64,000 nt of DNA, from assembly GCA_964291655.2 (NCBI GenBank), contig OZ219802.1, positions 2,368,001 through 2,432,000 of the forward strand, read 5' to 3'. The number at the start of each line of letters is the position of its first letter. Positions within the stretch are counted from its first letter, which is position 1. Below are positions 10,988 through 20,647 of this stretch, in pieces. Source of the stretch: Chloroflexota bacterium (GTDB taxonomy: Bacteria > Chloroflexota > UBA11872 > VXOZ01). A model generated the notes under the pieces. It ran no database searches, was not told the DNA's origin, and was given only the letters and a program-made list of their open reading frames with translations. Made by a program: the position numbers and the translations under genes.

Positions 10988-11707
10988 CTACTCCTCCTCG
11001 AGGCGCTCGCCGGTGACAACAATCTTTCCGGGGGAAATCTCGACACTGTCGATGCGCAGACCTTGCGCTTCGCCGACATTCGATGCCAGGAATTCGGTCG
11101 CTTGGGCGGAGAGTTGGTCCCGCAACACCTTGGGCATTGCCAGTGCGCCGAGTAGCGCCTCGGTGAATTCGATCTCTACGGTGTCCTCAGTAATGACAAA
11201 GTGCCCTTTGGCCTGAATGTTTGCGCGAAACGGCGTCGTAACCGTGCCGCTCGCCACGAACGCATCCTGCTCGAACGTGACAACCAAATTGCTCACAGGT
11301 GGACTATCGAGCGAAGAAATGACCTCACCCAGCAGGGCCGTGAGATCGCTGTCGGTGGCCTCAATTGTGAAGCGACCGGGTTCGTCGGCTTGACTAATTG
11401 CGTCTTCAGCCCGTTGGATTGCCGCTGTTTGTTCCGAGACTACCTCGGGTGTCGCCGTTGAACCTGGAACGGGCGTGCCGGATTCAACCGCTTCACTATC
11501 GGGAGTCTGGGCAGGCGCAGGATCTCTGACGATTGCTGTGGTAGGCGTCGGGGTCGCTGCGGCGTCAAGGCCAAAGAGCGAGCTCAGCCCCGGCACTTCA
11601 ATCGCACCTATGCCTGCGAGCAGAATGACGCCCACGAGGATAAGCACGAGGAACAGGGTAAAGAACAAAACTGCGAGCGTCTTATAGACTTGCCACAGGC
11701 ATCCCAT
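10988..11707 (-). CDS. Membrane-anchored LmeA/DUF2993-like protein
   Basis: N-terminal TM helix, Pro/Thr linker, beta-rich domain paralogous to 9727-10368. Confidence 0.7.
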   Translation of the reverse strand: MGCLWQVYKTLAVLFFTLFLVLILVGVILLAGIGAIEVPGLSSLFGLDAAATPTPTTAIVRDPAPAQTPDSEAVESGTPVPGSTATPEVVSEQTAAIQRAEDAISQADEPGRFTIEATDSDLTALLGEVISSLDSPPVSNLVVTFEQDAFVASGTVTTPFRANIQAKGHFVITEDTVEIEFTEALLGALAMPKVLRDQLSAQATEFLASNVGEAQGLRIDSVEISPGKIVVTGERLEEE

Positions 11708-11870
11708 GTAATGTCATCCTGAGTTAATAGGTTTTCGCATTCTCCATGGTACAATACCGGCTGCGCTGGGTTGCTGTTGCCACTTACAGCGGCCCCGGTA
11801 CCGCGCGAGTGCTGATTGGATAGATTTGCGGCCCCTGCGACGAACTTCAGAGGCGAGCCGAGTTGCGTCT

Positions 11871-12080
11871 CCGTTCATCCTTCGACAGGCTCAGGACGAA
11901 CGGAGACGGACCTTTCGAGCGGGGACAGACCGTTCCGAATTGGGACAGACCGTTCGTGCTGAGGGCTAGGCGTAGCCGGCTGCGCGAAGCCGGCTTCGCC
12001 TAGCCCCTGTCGAAGCATGAACGGTTTTTCGCCAACGTACGGCGGTTCCTTTCACCCTTCGACAAGCTCAGGGCGAACGG
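11871..12080. repeat. Cluster of CCTTCGACA(A/G)GCTCAG-family REP elements
   Basis: Three copies in alternating orientation, one with an inserted hairpin; family recurs at about 43429, 46826, 55451, 57637 and 62122. Confidence 0.8.
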
Positions 12081-12100
12081 ATGGTGTTGCCCAATCTTCC

Positions 12101-12240
12101 ATCGCAAACACTCTCTTACAGTAGCGAACACTCTCTTACAGTAGCGAACACTCCCTTACAGTTGCGAACGCTCTCTTGCAGTTGCGAACGCTCTCTTACG
12201 GTTGCAAACGCTCTTTTACAGTTGCGAGCACTCTCTTACA
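12101..12240. repeat. Tandem repeat, 7 x 20 bp
   Basis: Consensus GT(A/T)GCGAAC(A/G)CTCTCTTACA, no spacers. Confidence 0.92.
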
Positions 12241-12254
12241 GCTAGGTCATCCGC

Positions 12255-12845
12255 ATGTGCAGGAAGCAAGCGGCGGAACAGCATCTTGACCGTGTAGCGG
12301 CGCTTCGCTGCAAAGGGTTCAAGACGCTCGACGGTCTTGAGCACGCTCGGCTCCGGTCGCCGCGGTGCCCGGCTTTGACTGCTCCTGAATGGGGACTCCT
12401 CACCGCATTTGGTCTTGGCACGCTGGAGGAAGTGCAGCAGCGCATGAACGAACGCGCCCTGCTTGCCGCGTACGACGGCGCGCCGAGTTCGCTGTGTGAG
12501 ATGCGCATAGAGCGTGCGCCGGCAGCGATGGGGAACGGGTGTGCGCCGAACTGCACAGAGACACGCGTCGCGGCACAACGGGAAACGGTGCTGGAAACCA
12601 GGATGGATTACGACCCGGAGATGCTCCGCGCGTGTATGCGTTTCATGGTTACGTCGAAGGAGAGTGAAACGGCAGCGGGCGGACAACCGCTTGAAACAGA
12701 AGACAGCTGGTTTCATGCTGTTTCGTTTGACGTCCGCACCGGCGGCGTCGTGCAGAGAGAATTCGGCACGATCCGGCAGGTTCCCGGCCAAGCAGCAGCA
12801 CAGCATGACGTTGCGATGGAAACCGTCGCGCAGCGTGTGCTGTGA
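12255..12845 (+). CDS. Hypothetical protein
   Basis: 196-aa ORF filling an otherwise empty gap; no recognisable motif, weak RBS. Confidence 0.45.
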   Translation: MCRKQAAEQHLDRVAALRCKGFKTLDGLEHARLRSPRCPALTAPEWGLLTAFGLGTLEEVQQRMNERALLAAYDGAPSSLCEMRIERAPAAMGNGCAPNCTETRVAAQRETVLETRMDYDPEMLRACMRFMVTSKESETAAGGQPLETEDSWFHAVSFDVRTGGVVQREFGTIRQVPGQAAAQHDVAMETVAQRVL

Positions 12846-13109
12846 GCATCGAGACTCCCGCCGAGGCGGACTCAGTCGCGCTCCCGGGCGCGTGCGGGTG
12901 AGCCGCCGTGCCGAGACGGTGTTTCCTTGTTGGCAGCGAGAAGTGGCGGGCAAGCCCCCGCGCTACGGTTGGTCAATGAGGCCCAATCGTGTGCTGGCAA
13001 GAGCATGCCGATCGAGTTCGGTCGGACCGCATAGTTGCAACGGACACGGACGAATCGGCAAAGTAGATGCTGCTAGTTTCACAAGAGTTCCCGGCATGGA
13101 AGGTCGCGC

Positions 13110-13868
13110 GTGTCGCTGCTTAGTTTGACCGAGTTTCAAACACTTCTCTTGCTCGGCGGCATGGTGACGTTCTTTGCTGCCACGGTTGCCGGCATGACGG
13201 GATTCGGTTACGGGCTGGTCAGTGTGCCGCTGCTCATGGTTGTGCTACCGCCACGAGTGGTTGTGCCTGCCGTGACAACGCACATCCTATTGCTCTCGCT
13301 GCTCATACTTTTGGAAGTAATCAAGAAGGTTGACGTACGGCGCATTTGGCCGTTAATGTTGACCGGATTGTTTGGGTTGCCGCTTGGAATCTACGTGCTT
13401 CTCGCCTTGAGCGAGAGCGTCCTTAGGACCATTACCGGCGTCGTGATTGTGCTCTTCGCGCTCGCCTTGCTCCTGGGCCTCAATCTCGAAATCAAGAACG
13501 AAAAACTCGCACTCGCGCCGGTGGGCATTGCGAGCGGACTGCTCGCCTCGGGAATTGCCATGGCGGGACCGCCGGTGATCCTCTTCTTCTCCAATCAAGG
13601 CATGCTCAAGCAGGTCTTTCGCGCAAACCTGGCAGCCTACTTTGTATTCCTCAACACCCTAACCATTCCCGCCCATGCGGCAAGCGGGCTCATAACGGGA
13701 GAGGTGGTGCGGTTTGCGCTGCTCTTCTTGCCGACGCTGGTCGCGGGCATGGTGCTTGGCAGCTTTCTGTCGCGCAGAGTGCCGGAGGTGCACTTTCGCC
13801 GTGTCGTCTTGGTCGTCGTGCTGTGCTCCGGGCTGCTCTCGATAACTTCCGGTCTGGGGATCTTCTAG
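13110..13868 (+). CDS. Sulfite exporter TauE/SafE family membrane protein
   Basis: GMTGFGYG and GIAMAGPP motifs, about 8 TM helices. Confidence 0.88.
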   Translation: MSLLSLTEFQTLLLLGGMVTFFAATVAGMTGFGYGLVSVPLLMVVLPPRVVVPAVTTHILLLSLLILLEVIKKVDVRRIWPLMLTGLFGLPLGIYVLLALSESVLRTITGVVIVLFALALLLGLNLEIKNEKLALAPVGIASGLLASGIAMAGPPVILFFSNQGMLKQVFRANLAAYFVFLNTLTIPAHAASGLITGEVVRFALLFLPTLVAGMVLGSFLSRRVPEVHFRRVVLVVVLCSGLLSITSGLGIF

Positions 13869-13884
13869 GCTGTGTTTGAACTAA

Positions 13885-14063
13885 TGTCATTCCGAGCGAA
13901 AGCGAGGAATCTAGTGCCATACTCTACGCAGTCTGCAGCCCCGGCACTCTAGAATTCTCACTGCGCTGCGTTCCGTTCGGAATGACATGTGTAGTGGTCA
14001 TATACGCAGCTACATCCATCGATCTTTCTCCCAAGTCTGTCAACGAATTAGTCGACACTTACA
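13885..14063. mobile_element. REP-pair element with one TGTAAGTGT-type terminal repeat (partial MITE)
   Basis: Reverse complement is homologous to the left part of 23925-24165; ends in TCTGTCAACGAATTAGTCGACACTTACA. Confidence 0.65.
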
Positions 14064-14090
14064 GGAATGACGGCGAAGTGTAGACGCACC

Positions 14091-14633
14091 TTAGGCAAAG
14101 CCGGTTGCGCGGAGCGTCTTCATGACCGCTTCCCAGCGGGCGGGAAAGCTCTCATGGCTCAAGAGCGGCCTAAAGCCTAGCTTCAGATAGATGTGGATTG
14201 CCGGGAGACGCGCGTCGTCGGTGAGCAACTGCACCGATTCAAAGCCTCGCTCCCGTAGGCGGTGCAAGACCGCGAGGGAAAGCCAGTACCCCAAGCCAGC
14301 ACCGCGGTGGTCCGGGTGCACGCAGACCATGTGCACGGTGCCGCGCTCCGGCGGGTTCTTCTCATCATGAAACGCAGTGGCGGTTCCGACCACAGCTTCG
14401 CCCTCAACGGCAAAGAACATGCCTCCCGCATCGAACCCCGGCGCCGCGATGATATTCTCGCGGCACGCCTCCACCGTCCACGAAGAGTTCATTGCAACCC
14501 CTACAAGCTTCGTCCACAGCACCTCGTCATCGGGCTGATAGGAGCGGATGCGGTAGGGTTCCGGCACGTGCAAAGGGGGCAGGTCTTCCAAATGCGGGCG
14601 TACCATTATCAGTTGCGGATTTGACGCGCTCAC
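14091..14633 (-). CDS. GNAT family N-acetyltransferase
   Basis: VCVHPDHRGAGLG and AIHIYLKLGF motifs. Confidence 0.9.
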   Translation of the reverse strand: MSASNPQLIMVRPHLEDLPPLHVPEPYRIRSYQPDDEVLWTKLVGVAMNSSWTVEACRENIIAAPGFDAGGMFFAVEGEAVVGTATAFHDEKNPPERGTVHMVCVHPDHRGAGLGYWLSLAVLHRLRERGFESVQLLTDDARLPAIHIYLKLGFRPLLSHESFPARWEAVMKTLRATGFA

Positions 14634-14676
14634 CGCGCTACTCCTTTGGCTGCGTTTGCAGTTGGATCACAGATAT

Positions 14677-14877
14677 CTATGCACCCTTAGGACGCCCCCC
14701 TATCGCTTCGGTCTTGCCTGGAAGTATCGTGTACGGATTCGGAATGCGCCAGTCTCTGCCCATGCGCTTCACTCCTGGAATGCGCTTGGCTTTGATAAGC
14801 TGGCCTACTCTCTGTCTCGATACCCCCTCGCGCTCAGCTACCTCTAAGGTGCTGAACGTCTTGGGCGTTTCAGACAT
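14677..14877 (-). CDS. Excisionase-like helix-turn-helix module (66 aa) with its own RBS, in frame with the enolase
   Basis: AAAGGAGAG-CAA-ATG; STLEVAEREGVSRQRVGQLIKAKRIPGVKRMGRDWRIP. Confidence 0.65.
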   Translation of the reverse strand: MSETPKTFSTLEVAEREGVSRQRVGQLIKAKRIPGVKRMGRDWRIPNPYTILPGKTEAIGGRPKGA

Positions 14878-16053
14878 TTGCTCTCCTTTCGCTGTGAAAT
14901 TGAAGATAGACCCGCCCCAGGTATCCACGGTGGGGCGGCTCCAGGGCGTGGGAATGTTCCGGTACGGGTGTTTGCGCAATTCTTCCTCATCCAGTTCAAT
15001 GCCCAGTCCCGGCTCGTCAGGTATGCGCAGCGTGCCGTCCGGTTGCAGGACTTCCAGCGAGTCCTTGACGATATCCTGCCGCCAGGGGCAACCGAACAAG
15101 AATGACTCGAGGATGAGCACGTTGGGGATGCAGCCCACCGCCTGCAAGGTGGCCGCCATTGCCACCGGGCCGTACGGGTTGTGGGGCGCCACCGGGATGT
15201 CGTAGGTCTCGGCCCACGCCGCAATCTTCTTGGCCTCCAAGATGCCGCCCGTGTGGCTGATATCGGGCTGGATGATGTCGAGAATCTGCTGCTCGATGTA
15301 CTCGCGAAAGCCCCAGCGGGTGAAGAAACGCTCGCCCGCTGCGATGGGCATACCGATGTGCGCCTGCGCCAGTTTGGCGTATGCCGCGGGATTGTCCGGT
15401 CGGAGCGGTTCTTCGTAGAAAAATGGCCGGTAGGGCCGCAACGCTTCAGCGGCCGCAATTGCGCTTGTGACATTGAGGCGCCCGTGCACCTCAATGCAGA
15501 GGTCAATTTCGTCGCCGACGGCCTCGCGCACGGCAGCGACACTGGCTGCCGCTTCTCTGATCTCCTGCTCAGAAGCTGTGATCCACGCGGTAAAGGGGTC
15601 CCACTTCAGCGCGGTGTAGCCTTGCGCCACCACCGCTTGGGCAGCCGTAGCAAATTCGTCCGGCGTGCTCGCGCCTTCAAACCAGCCGTTGGCGTAGACG
15701 CGCACGCGGTCGCGGCACGGTCCGCCGAGCAGCGCATGCACCGGCAGCCCGGCATCCTTGCCCTTGATATCCCAACACGCCTGTTCCAACGCGCTGATGG
15801 CGGTGTTGTACACGGGCCCGGTGCCGCCGTACTCGCCGCGGTGCAAGAGCTGGAGATTGGCTTCGATGTGCCGTGGGTCTTCGCCGATAAGCACGGCACC
15901 GATTTCCTTGATGGCGGTAGCCGCAGTGTGTTCCTTCCACGCCAGCGGCGCTTCGCCCCAGCCGTGGAGACCGGTGTCCGTGGTGACCTTGGCAAAGACC
16001 CAGTTCCACCACTGGCCGTCGACAATGTACGTCTGTATACCCCGAATCTTCAT
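14677..16053 (-). CDS. Mandelate racemase/galactonate dehydratase-like enolase with an in-frame C-terminal HTH extension
   Basis: GWGEA, KWDPF, IEVHG, EEP, AAGER, QPD, APHN; likely start ATG 16053. Confidence 0.88.
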   Translation of the reverse strand: MKIRGIQTYIVDGQWWNWVFAKVTTDTGLHGWGEAPLAWKEHTAATAIKEIGAVLIGEDPRHIEANLQLLHRGEYGGTGPVYNTAISALEQACWDIKGKDAGLPVHALLGGPCRDRVRVYANGWFEGASTPDEFATAAQAVVAQGYTALKWDPFTAWITASEQEIREAAASVAAVREAVGDEIDLCIEVHGRLNVTSAIAAAEALRPYRPFFYEEPLRPDNPAAYAKLAQAHIGMPIAAGERFFTRWGFREYIEQQILDIIQPDISHTGGILEAKKIAAWAETYDIPVAPHNPYGPVAMAATLQAVGCIPNVLILESFLFGCPWRQDIVKDSLEVLQPDGTLRIPDEPGLGIELDEEELRKHPYRNIPTPWSRPTVDTWGGSIFNFTAKGEQMSETPKTFSTLEVAEREGVSRQRVGQLIKAKRIPGVKRMGRDWRIPNPYTILPGKTEAIGGRPKGA

Positions 16054-16057
16054 AGTA

Positions 16058-16834
16058 TTAGGACATAGGTGTCTTGTGGAACGTGCGGATGAACGCGACG
16101 AGATTCTTGGTGATGGCGTCCAACAGGACTTTGCCTTTTTCCGCCGTTGCCAGAGTAGGATCGCCATTCACGCCGGTTGTGCCCGGATCAAAGACCGGCC
16201 AGAAGTAGACGGGACCGCCCGAGGGCAAGCGGGACGGCGGGAATCTCATGTCCTTTACCGTGGTATTCATGTCGACTAATTCTTGTCTGAGATGCAGCAT
16301 CAGTGACGTCTCAACTTCACAGGCGTGGCCGACTTTCTTGCGTTCGCCTTCGAGCACTGCCGCGATGTCCTCGGCTGCCAGGTCCCAGTACGTCGCGGCG
16401 GCGATTTCGATGCCTGCGGCGCCAAGTTTCATGGTGGTGGCTTTCATGGTCTGATCGTTGCCACCGTGGCCGTTGAGCAGCAAGATATGCCGGAACCCGT
16501 GCTGCCACATGCAGGTTACGACCTCGGCTATCACCTGGGAGAACGTGTCAACGGACAGGGTAAGCGTGCCGGTGAAATGCATGTGGTGCGGGGAAACACC
16601 CGTCCACAGGGGCGGGGCTATCAATACCGGCACTTCGGATGCGAGTTCTTGCGCCGCCGCCAGGGCAACGGTTTCTGCTAAAAAGATGTCGGTATCCACC
16701 GGCAGGTGGCGGCCGTGCTGCTCGATTGACCCGACCGGCAGAATAACCACCGCGTCGTGGTCGCGCATCTCCGCGATTTCGTCCCGGTTCATGTGCTGCC
16801 AAACGTAGCGTTCCATGGTTCTCTCCTTATGCAT
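16058..16834 (-). CDS. Creatininase family protein
   Basis: PVGSIEQHGRHLPVDTD, NGHGGN, HACEVETS. Confidence 0.92.
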   Translation of the reverse strand: MHKERTMERYVWQHMNRDEIAEMRDHDAVVILPVGSIEQHGRHLPVDTDIFLAETVALAAAQELASEVPVLIAPPLWTGVSPHHMHFTGTLTLSVDTFSQVIAEVVTCMWQHGFRHILLLNGHGGNDQTMKATTMKLGAAGIEIAAATYWDLAAEDIAAVLEGERKKVGHACEVETSLMLHLRQELVDMNTTVKDMRFPPSRLPSGGPVYFWPVFDPGTTGVNGDPTLATAEKGKVLLDAITKNLVAFIRTFHKTPMS

Positions 16835-16936
16835 TCGGCACGTGTGTCGCTATGCCGTGAGGCTATTTCAAGCTTCCTCGCCACTCCCGTGCAGAGCCGA
16901 ACCCCAGATTTCCCGCCTGCGCAGGAGTGACCTCCG

Positions 16937-17166
16937 GTAGCGTAAGTTTGCAATCCCGTATCGAGTACGGAACAGGTCCTGCGCTTGCCCGAGACTTTCG
17001 TCAATGCGGGTGCGGCGGTTGATGCTCGTCACTCCCGCGCCTCAGCCCGATCCGTCATTCTCGCGCAAGCGGGATTCCATCCGCTTCCCGCCAATTGCTC
17101 GCCCCCAAATGCGGGAGGACAGTCCCCGCGCGTCATTCTTAGATTCCTCGCTGCGCTCGGAATGAC
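16937..17166. repeat. Mixed REP cluster
   Basis: Interrupted GTAG REP, GTCATTCTCGCGCAAGCGGGAT and AGATTCCTCGCTGCGCTCGGAATGAC. Confidence 0.7.
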
Positions 17167-17208
17167 ATGAAATGTCAATACTGGCTCGTCCTTTTCGTGG
17201 CACTGACA

Positions 17209-18036
17209 TCAAAGTGTGGCTTCACTCGGTGCGGAATATGGCTGGATCAGCTTTGCGGTGCTCAGCGCCTTCAGCACGCTGTCGCCGCGGTATTCGACAA
17301 TTCTCGAGTCAATCTTAGTGCAGCCTTCCCCATCAAAGTAAATGCGGTCGACGAGGTCCGTGCTGTTGTACCGAACGCGCACCGTAACCGGTGGAGAAAC
17401 CGCATAAGGCGTGAACTCGCTCGCTCGCTCCACCGCACGGCATGCCTTGGCCTGGAGCAATTCACGCGAGCGTTGCGGCGAGAGCATGCGCGCCGCGTGG
17501 CGCCCCAGGGCTTGCTTCACTTGCGCCGTCTCAATGTTCCCAAGGAGATCACGAGCCTCGGCACAGGCCCTATCGTCGCCGGTGACCAGACCGACCGGCA
17601 CGCCGTGCGCACCGGCAATCGCGGCATCGATCATTATTTCCCCTGCCGGCAGGCCGTTGATCGTAATGTCCTGATAGGAGGCCGAACTCATGGTGTGGTC
17701 CCGCACGGCATTTGCCGTGCCGGACATGGCATGGTAGCCCACCAACATCATGACATCGGTATCTTCCAAGAATGGGAATCGTTCCTGGTGGGCGCCACCC
17801 ATGAGGTAGTCGGCGTCGGGGTGCAATTCCTCATAGATGAAGTTGAAGCCAGAGGCATGGGCGTCTATCACGACAACTTCATCAGCGCCTCCGTCGAGCG
17901 CGCCGGTGATGACGGCATTCGTATCGTTCACCAACATGCGGCGCGCTTCTTGATAGAACAACCTGCCGTGCAAGAGTTGCTCCGAGATGATGACGCCACT
18001 GATCCCTTCCATGTCAACGGCAATGTACGCTTTCAT
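17209..18036 (-). CDS. D-aminopeptidase, peptidase M55 (DppA-like)
   Basis: DMEGISG, DAH, VGYHA, DHT, GDD motifs; likely start 18036. Confidence 0.9.
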   Translation of the reverse strand: MKAYIAVDMEGISGVIISEQLLHGRLFYQEARRMLVNDTNAVITGALDGGADEVVVIDAHASGFNFIYEELHPDADYLMGGAHQERFPFLEDTDVMMLVGYHAMSGTANAVRDHTMSSASYQDITINGLPAGEIMIDAAIAGAHGVPVGLVTGDDRACAEARDLLGNIETAQVKQALGRHAARMLSPQRSRELLQAKACRAVERASEFTPYAVSPPVTVRVRYNSTDLVDRIYFDGEGCTKIDSRIVEYRGDSVLKALSTAKLIQPYSAPSEATL

Positions 18037-18539
18037 ATCCGTGCACTTCTCCTGGGCAAAACCTCTCGATACGTCTCTCATACTTGCAGCCGGGGAGCGG
18101 TTGCCACTGCCGAGCAACTTGAGCTTGAGGCTTTGCTAGTGGTGTCCGCCGGGTCATGCAATGTTGCCGCGCCGCGTGCAGGATGGGTTCATTTCCATAT
18201 TGAATGAACATCACTCTGGCACGGCGGGCCGATCAAATGCTCCAAACTGGCTGCGACAACGGAGGGGCACGCCCACCCCCGCCAATGCTAGACAAAGACA
18301 CGCTATTATAGTCACGCGCGGTGCTATTCGTAAACGCGCGCCTATCCTTAGCTGACATGCATCGAAAACTATGGTACTCTCAAGGGGTACGTAACTTGCG
18401 TGCGTATCTCTCGCGCGAGCCTCAACTTAGGGAAGGGCACTTTCCCTAAACCTCCTTGATGTGCACTAGCGGCACTTTCATAGTGAAATCAGAAGATTCT
18501 GGCAGCCAATTCGACTGTGAAGAGGAGTATAATCCCACC

Positions 18540-20399
18540 ATGCGATGTATGAACCGGGTACGTCACGTAACTGGGGCGCTTGCCCTGGTTGCAATTCTAT
18601 TCACCCAAGTGTCGATGCCTGTCAGTGCGCAGGAAGCGACGACTTTTACATCTGCGGTGGTAACCAAGAACCATTACGACACGACGCTGAAGCACAATAT
18701 CCCAAATCTCCAGGTCACGCGGAATGGCGTGACGCACAGCGTAAACTTCCTCGACCACTACAGCTCCACCGGCGGGCTGACACGGTGGGGAGTCCCGATC
18801 TCTGAGGTTGTCGAAGAAGAGATTGGAAACCTCTCCCAATACTACCAGCGCGGCGTGGTTGACTGGCATTGGCGTCCAGATCTCGGGCGCTATGAGATGG
18901 AGCGGCGCCTGGCATGGGACTTCTTTGGCGGCGGCTCCGGCGGCAGTGTCGACCTTGGGGTGGAGCTGGGCCGCACTAACCCGCATCCCGGAGAGGTCGT
19001 GGGCCCGTGGGGTCATAAGGTCTCAGACTTTTCGATCAGAGGCATCTACACTGGCTTCAAGAGTTTTTATGAATCGCTTGGGGGTGTGAATGCGTTCGGC
19101 TTTCCCAAGACTGATGCCAGAATTGATACAAACGCATCCGGAACGCTGCACATTCAATCAGCCTCACCCGGCTTTATCCGCCAGTATTTTCAGGCAGCAG
19201 TGTTGGAGTTCCACAGGGAAGACCCAGAGCCGGTCAAACTGCGGCTTCTCGGTGACGATCTGCGCAATTTGAATTACCCGAACAATAGCTGGCGGACGTA
19301 CGCGGCATTCAACGCCGTATCTGCGCTCACTCCGGGGCAGCAATACACTGTTCCTCGCGTGGTTCGCGGGCATACATCTGTGGGACGGCCAGTGGTTGTT
19401 GTGCCGACTGCCACGCCGAGGCCCGGGACACCGGTTTCACCCACAGCCACGCCAATTCCTGGGGCCACGCCGGTACCTACGGCGACGCCTGTTCCCGCTC
19501 CCGTGGTACCTGCTGGCACGAGCGTCTGGTTCGGGACAGCAGAAAAGGGCCTTTCTCACTTTGACGGCACCAACTGGGAAACGACGCGCTCCTTCAAGAA
19601 TCCTCTCCCGAGCGACGAGATCAACGATATCTTCATCTCCTCTGATGGGTCGAAGTGGTTTGCAACCCAGAACGGCTTGGCTTGGCTGCGTGGCGGTGTT
19701 TGGTTGCCTTTTTGGACGAGTTCGTCAGGCTTCGCCGCGAATGAGGTTACCTCTGTGCACGTACTTGGTAACCTGGTCTGGATCGGCACGGACGGAGGCG
19801 GCGCTTCATTCGGTCGCATTACAGGTAGCACCGTAAGATGGGAGAAATTGGACAGGGACAACTCCAACATCCCATCCGATGTCGTCCGAGACGTGCTGAT
19901 AATAAATGAGCAACTCAACCGCGTGTGGCTAGCCACGGACAATGGCGCCGCGATTTTCAATAACGGCATCTGGACGATTTTCCAGAACATCGATACCACG
20001 AGTCTGGCGGTTGAATCGGGCAATGTATGGGTAGGCACGAACGGCCATGGTGTCAGCGTATACGATGGTGAGACTTGGACGGTCTATACAACCACCAATT
20101 CTGCCATCGCCAGTGATACGATACGCCACATTACCGTGGGCCCGGACGGAAGAGTCTGGTTGGCAACGCAAAACGGAGTCAGTGTGTACAATGGCGCCAA
20201 CTGGGCGAATCACAACAGCTTTGCCTCGGGCATCACGAGTAACGACGTCTATGACATCGCCATAGACGCGGCGGGGCAGGCCTGGGTGGCCACCGATGCA
20301 GGCGCCAGCGTGTTGCTAACAAGCGGGACCTGGCAGCCGTACCAGACCGCAAATTCTGACATTCATGACGATTCAATTCGTGCGGTAGCGGTGGAGTAA
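18540..20399 (+). CDS. Secreted protein: Chloroflexi-type N-terminal domain, Pro/Thr linker, two-component-regulator-like beta-propeller
   Basis: Signal peptide (VSA-Q), QYYQRG/QYFQAA repeats, repeated W(F/I/L/V)(G/A)T..G propeller blades; GAGGAG RBS. Confidence 0.8.
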   Translation: MRCMNRVRHVTGALALVAILFTQVSMPVSAQEATTFTSAVVTKNHYDTTLKHNIPNLQVTRNGVTHSVNFLDHYSSTGGLTRWGVPISEVVEEEIGNLSQYYQRGVVDWHWRPDLGRYEMERRLAWDFFGGGSGGSVDLGVELGRTNPHPGEVVGPWGHKVSDFSIRGIYTGFKSFYESLGGVNAFGFPKTDARIDTNASGTLHIQSASPGFIRQYFQAAVLEFHREDPEPVKLRLLGDDLRNLNYPNNSWRTYAAFNAVSALTPGQQYTVPRVVRGHTSVGRPVVVVPTATPRPGTPVSPTATPIPGATPVPTATPVPAPVVPAGTSVWFGTAEKGLSHFDGTNWETTRSFKNPLPSDEINDIFISSDGSKWFATQNGLAWLRGGVWLPFWTSSSGFAANEVTSVHVLGNLVWIGTDGGGASFGRITGSTVRWEKLDRDNSNIPSDVVRDVLIINEQLNRVWLATDNGAAIFNNGIWTIFQNIDTTSLAVESGNVWVGTNGHGVSVYDGETWTVYTTTNSAIASDTIRHITVGPDGRVWLATQNGVSVYNGANWANHNSFASGITSNDVYDIAIDAAGQAWVATDAGASVLLTSGTWQPYQTANSDIHDDSIRAVAVE

Positions 20400-20647
20400 A
20401 GGCTGCCAGCCCGGGTTGGCTGCAAGAAGTCCTAGCTGGAAAACGAACGATGACCGCATCAGCGTGCATGAGCGCTGGTGCGGTCAAACGTTGTAGGGAC
20501 GTTGACTAGGGCCTCTAGCCTTCCAAGGCAATCATTGAGACTGGCTGAAACCGCAGCTTGTCTATGAGAGCTTGTGGTCACTTGCCGTGCTCTGCGCTCG
20601 CGAGAGTGCAGGGCATCGCGCATGGCGGATTCTGCTAAGCTGAGAAT

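Noticed and set aside
12101-12240. Possible mini-CRISPR
   Set aside because: Head-to-tail repeats with no spacers.
16054-16167. N-terminal ORF-track extensions (also 22289-22420, 39804-39863, 48533-48562, 51940-52101)
   Set aside because: They overlap neighbouring genes, REPs or TIRs, or lie upstream of better-supported starts.
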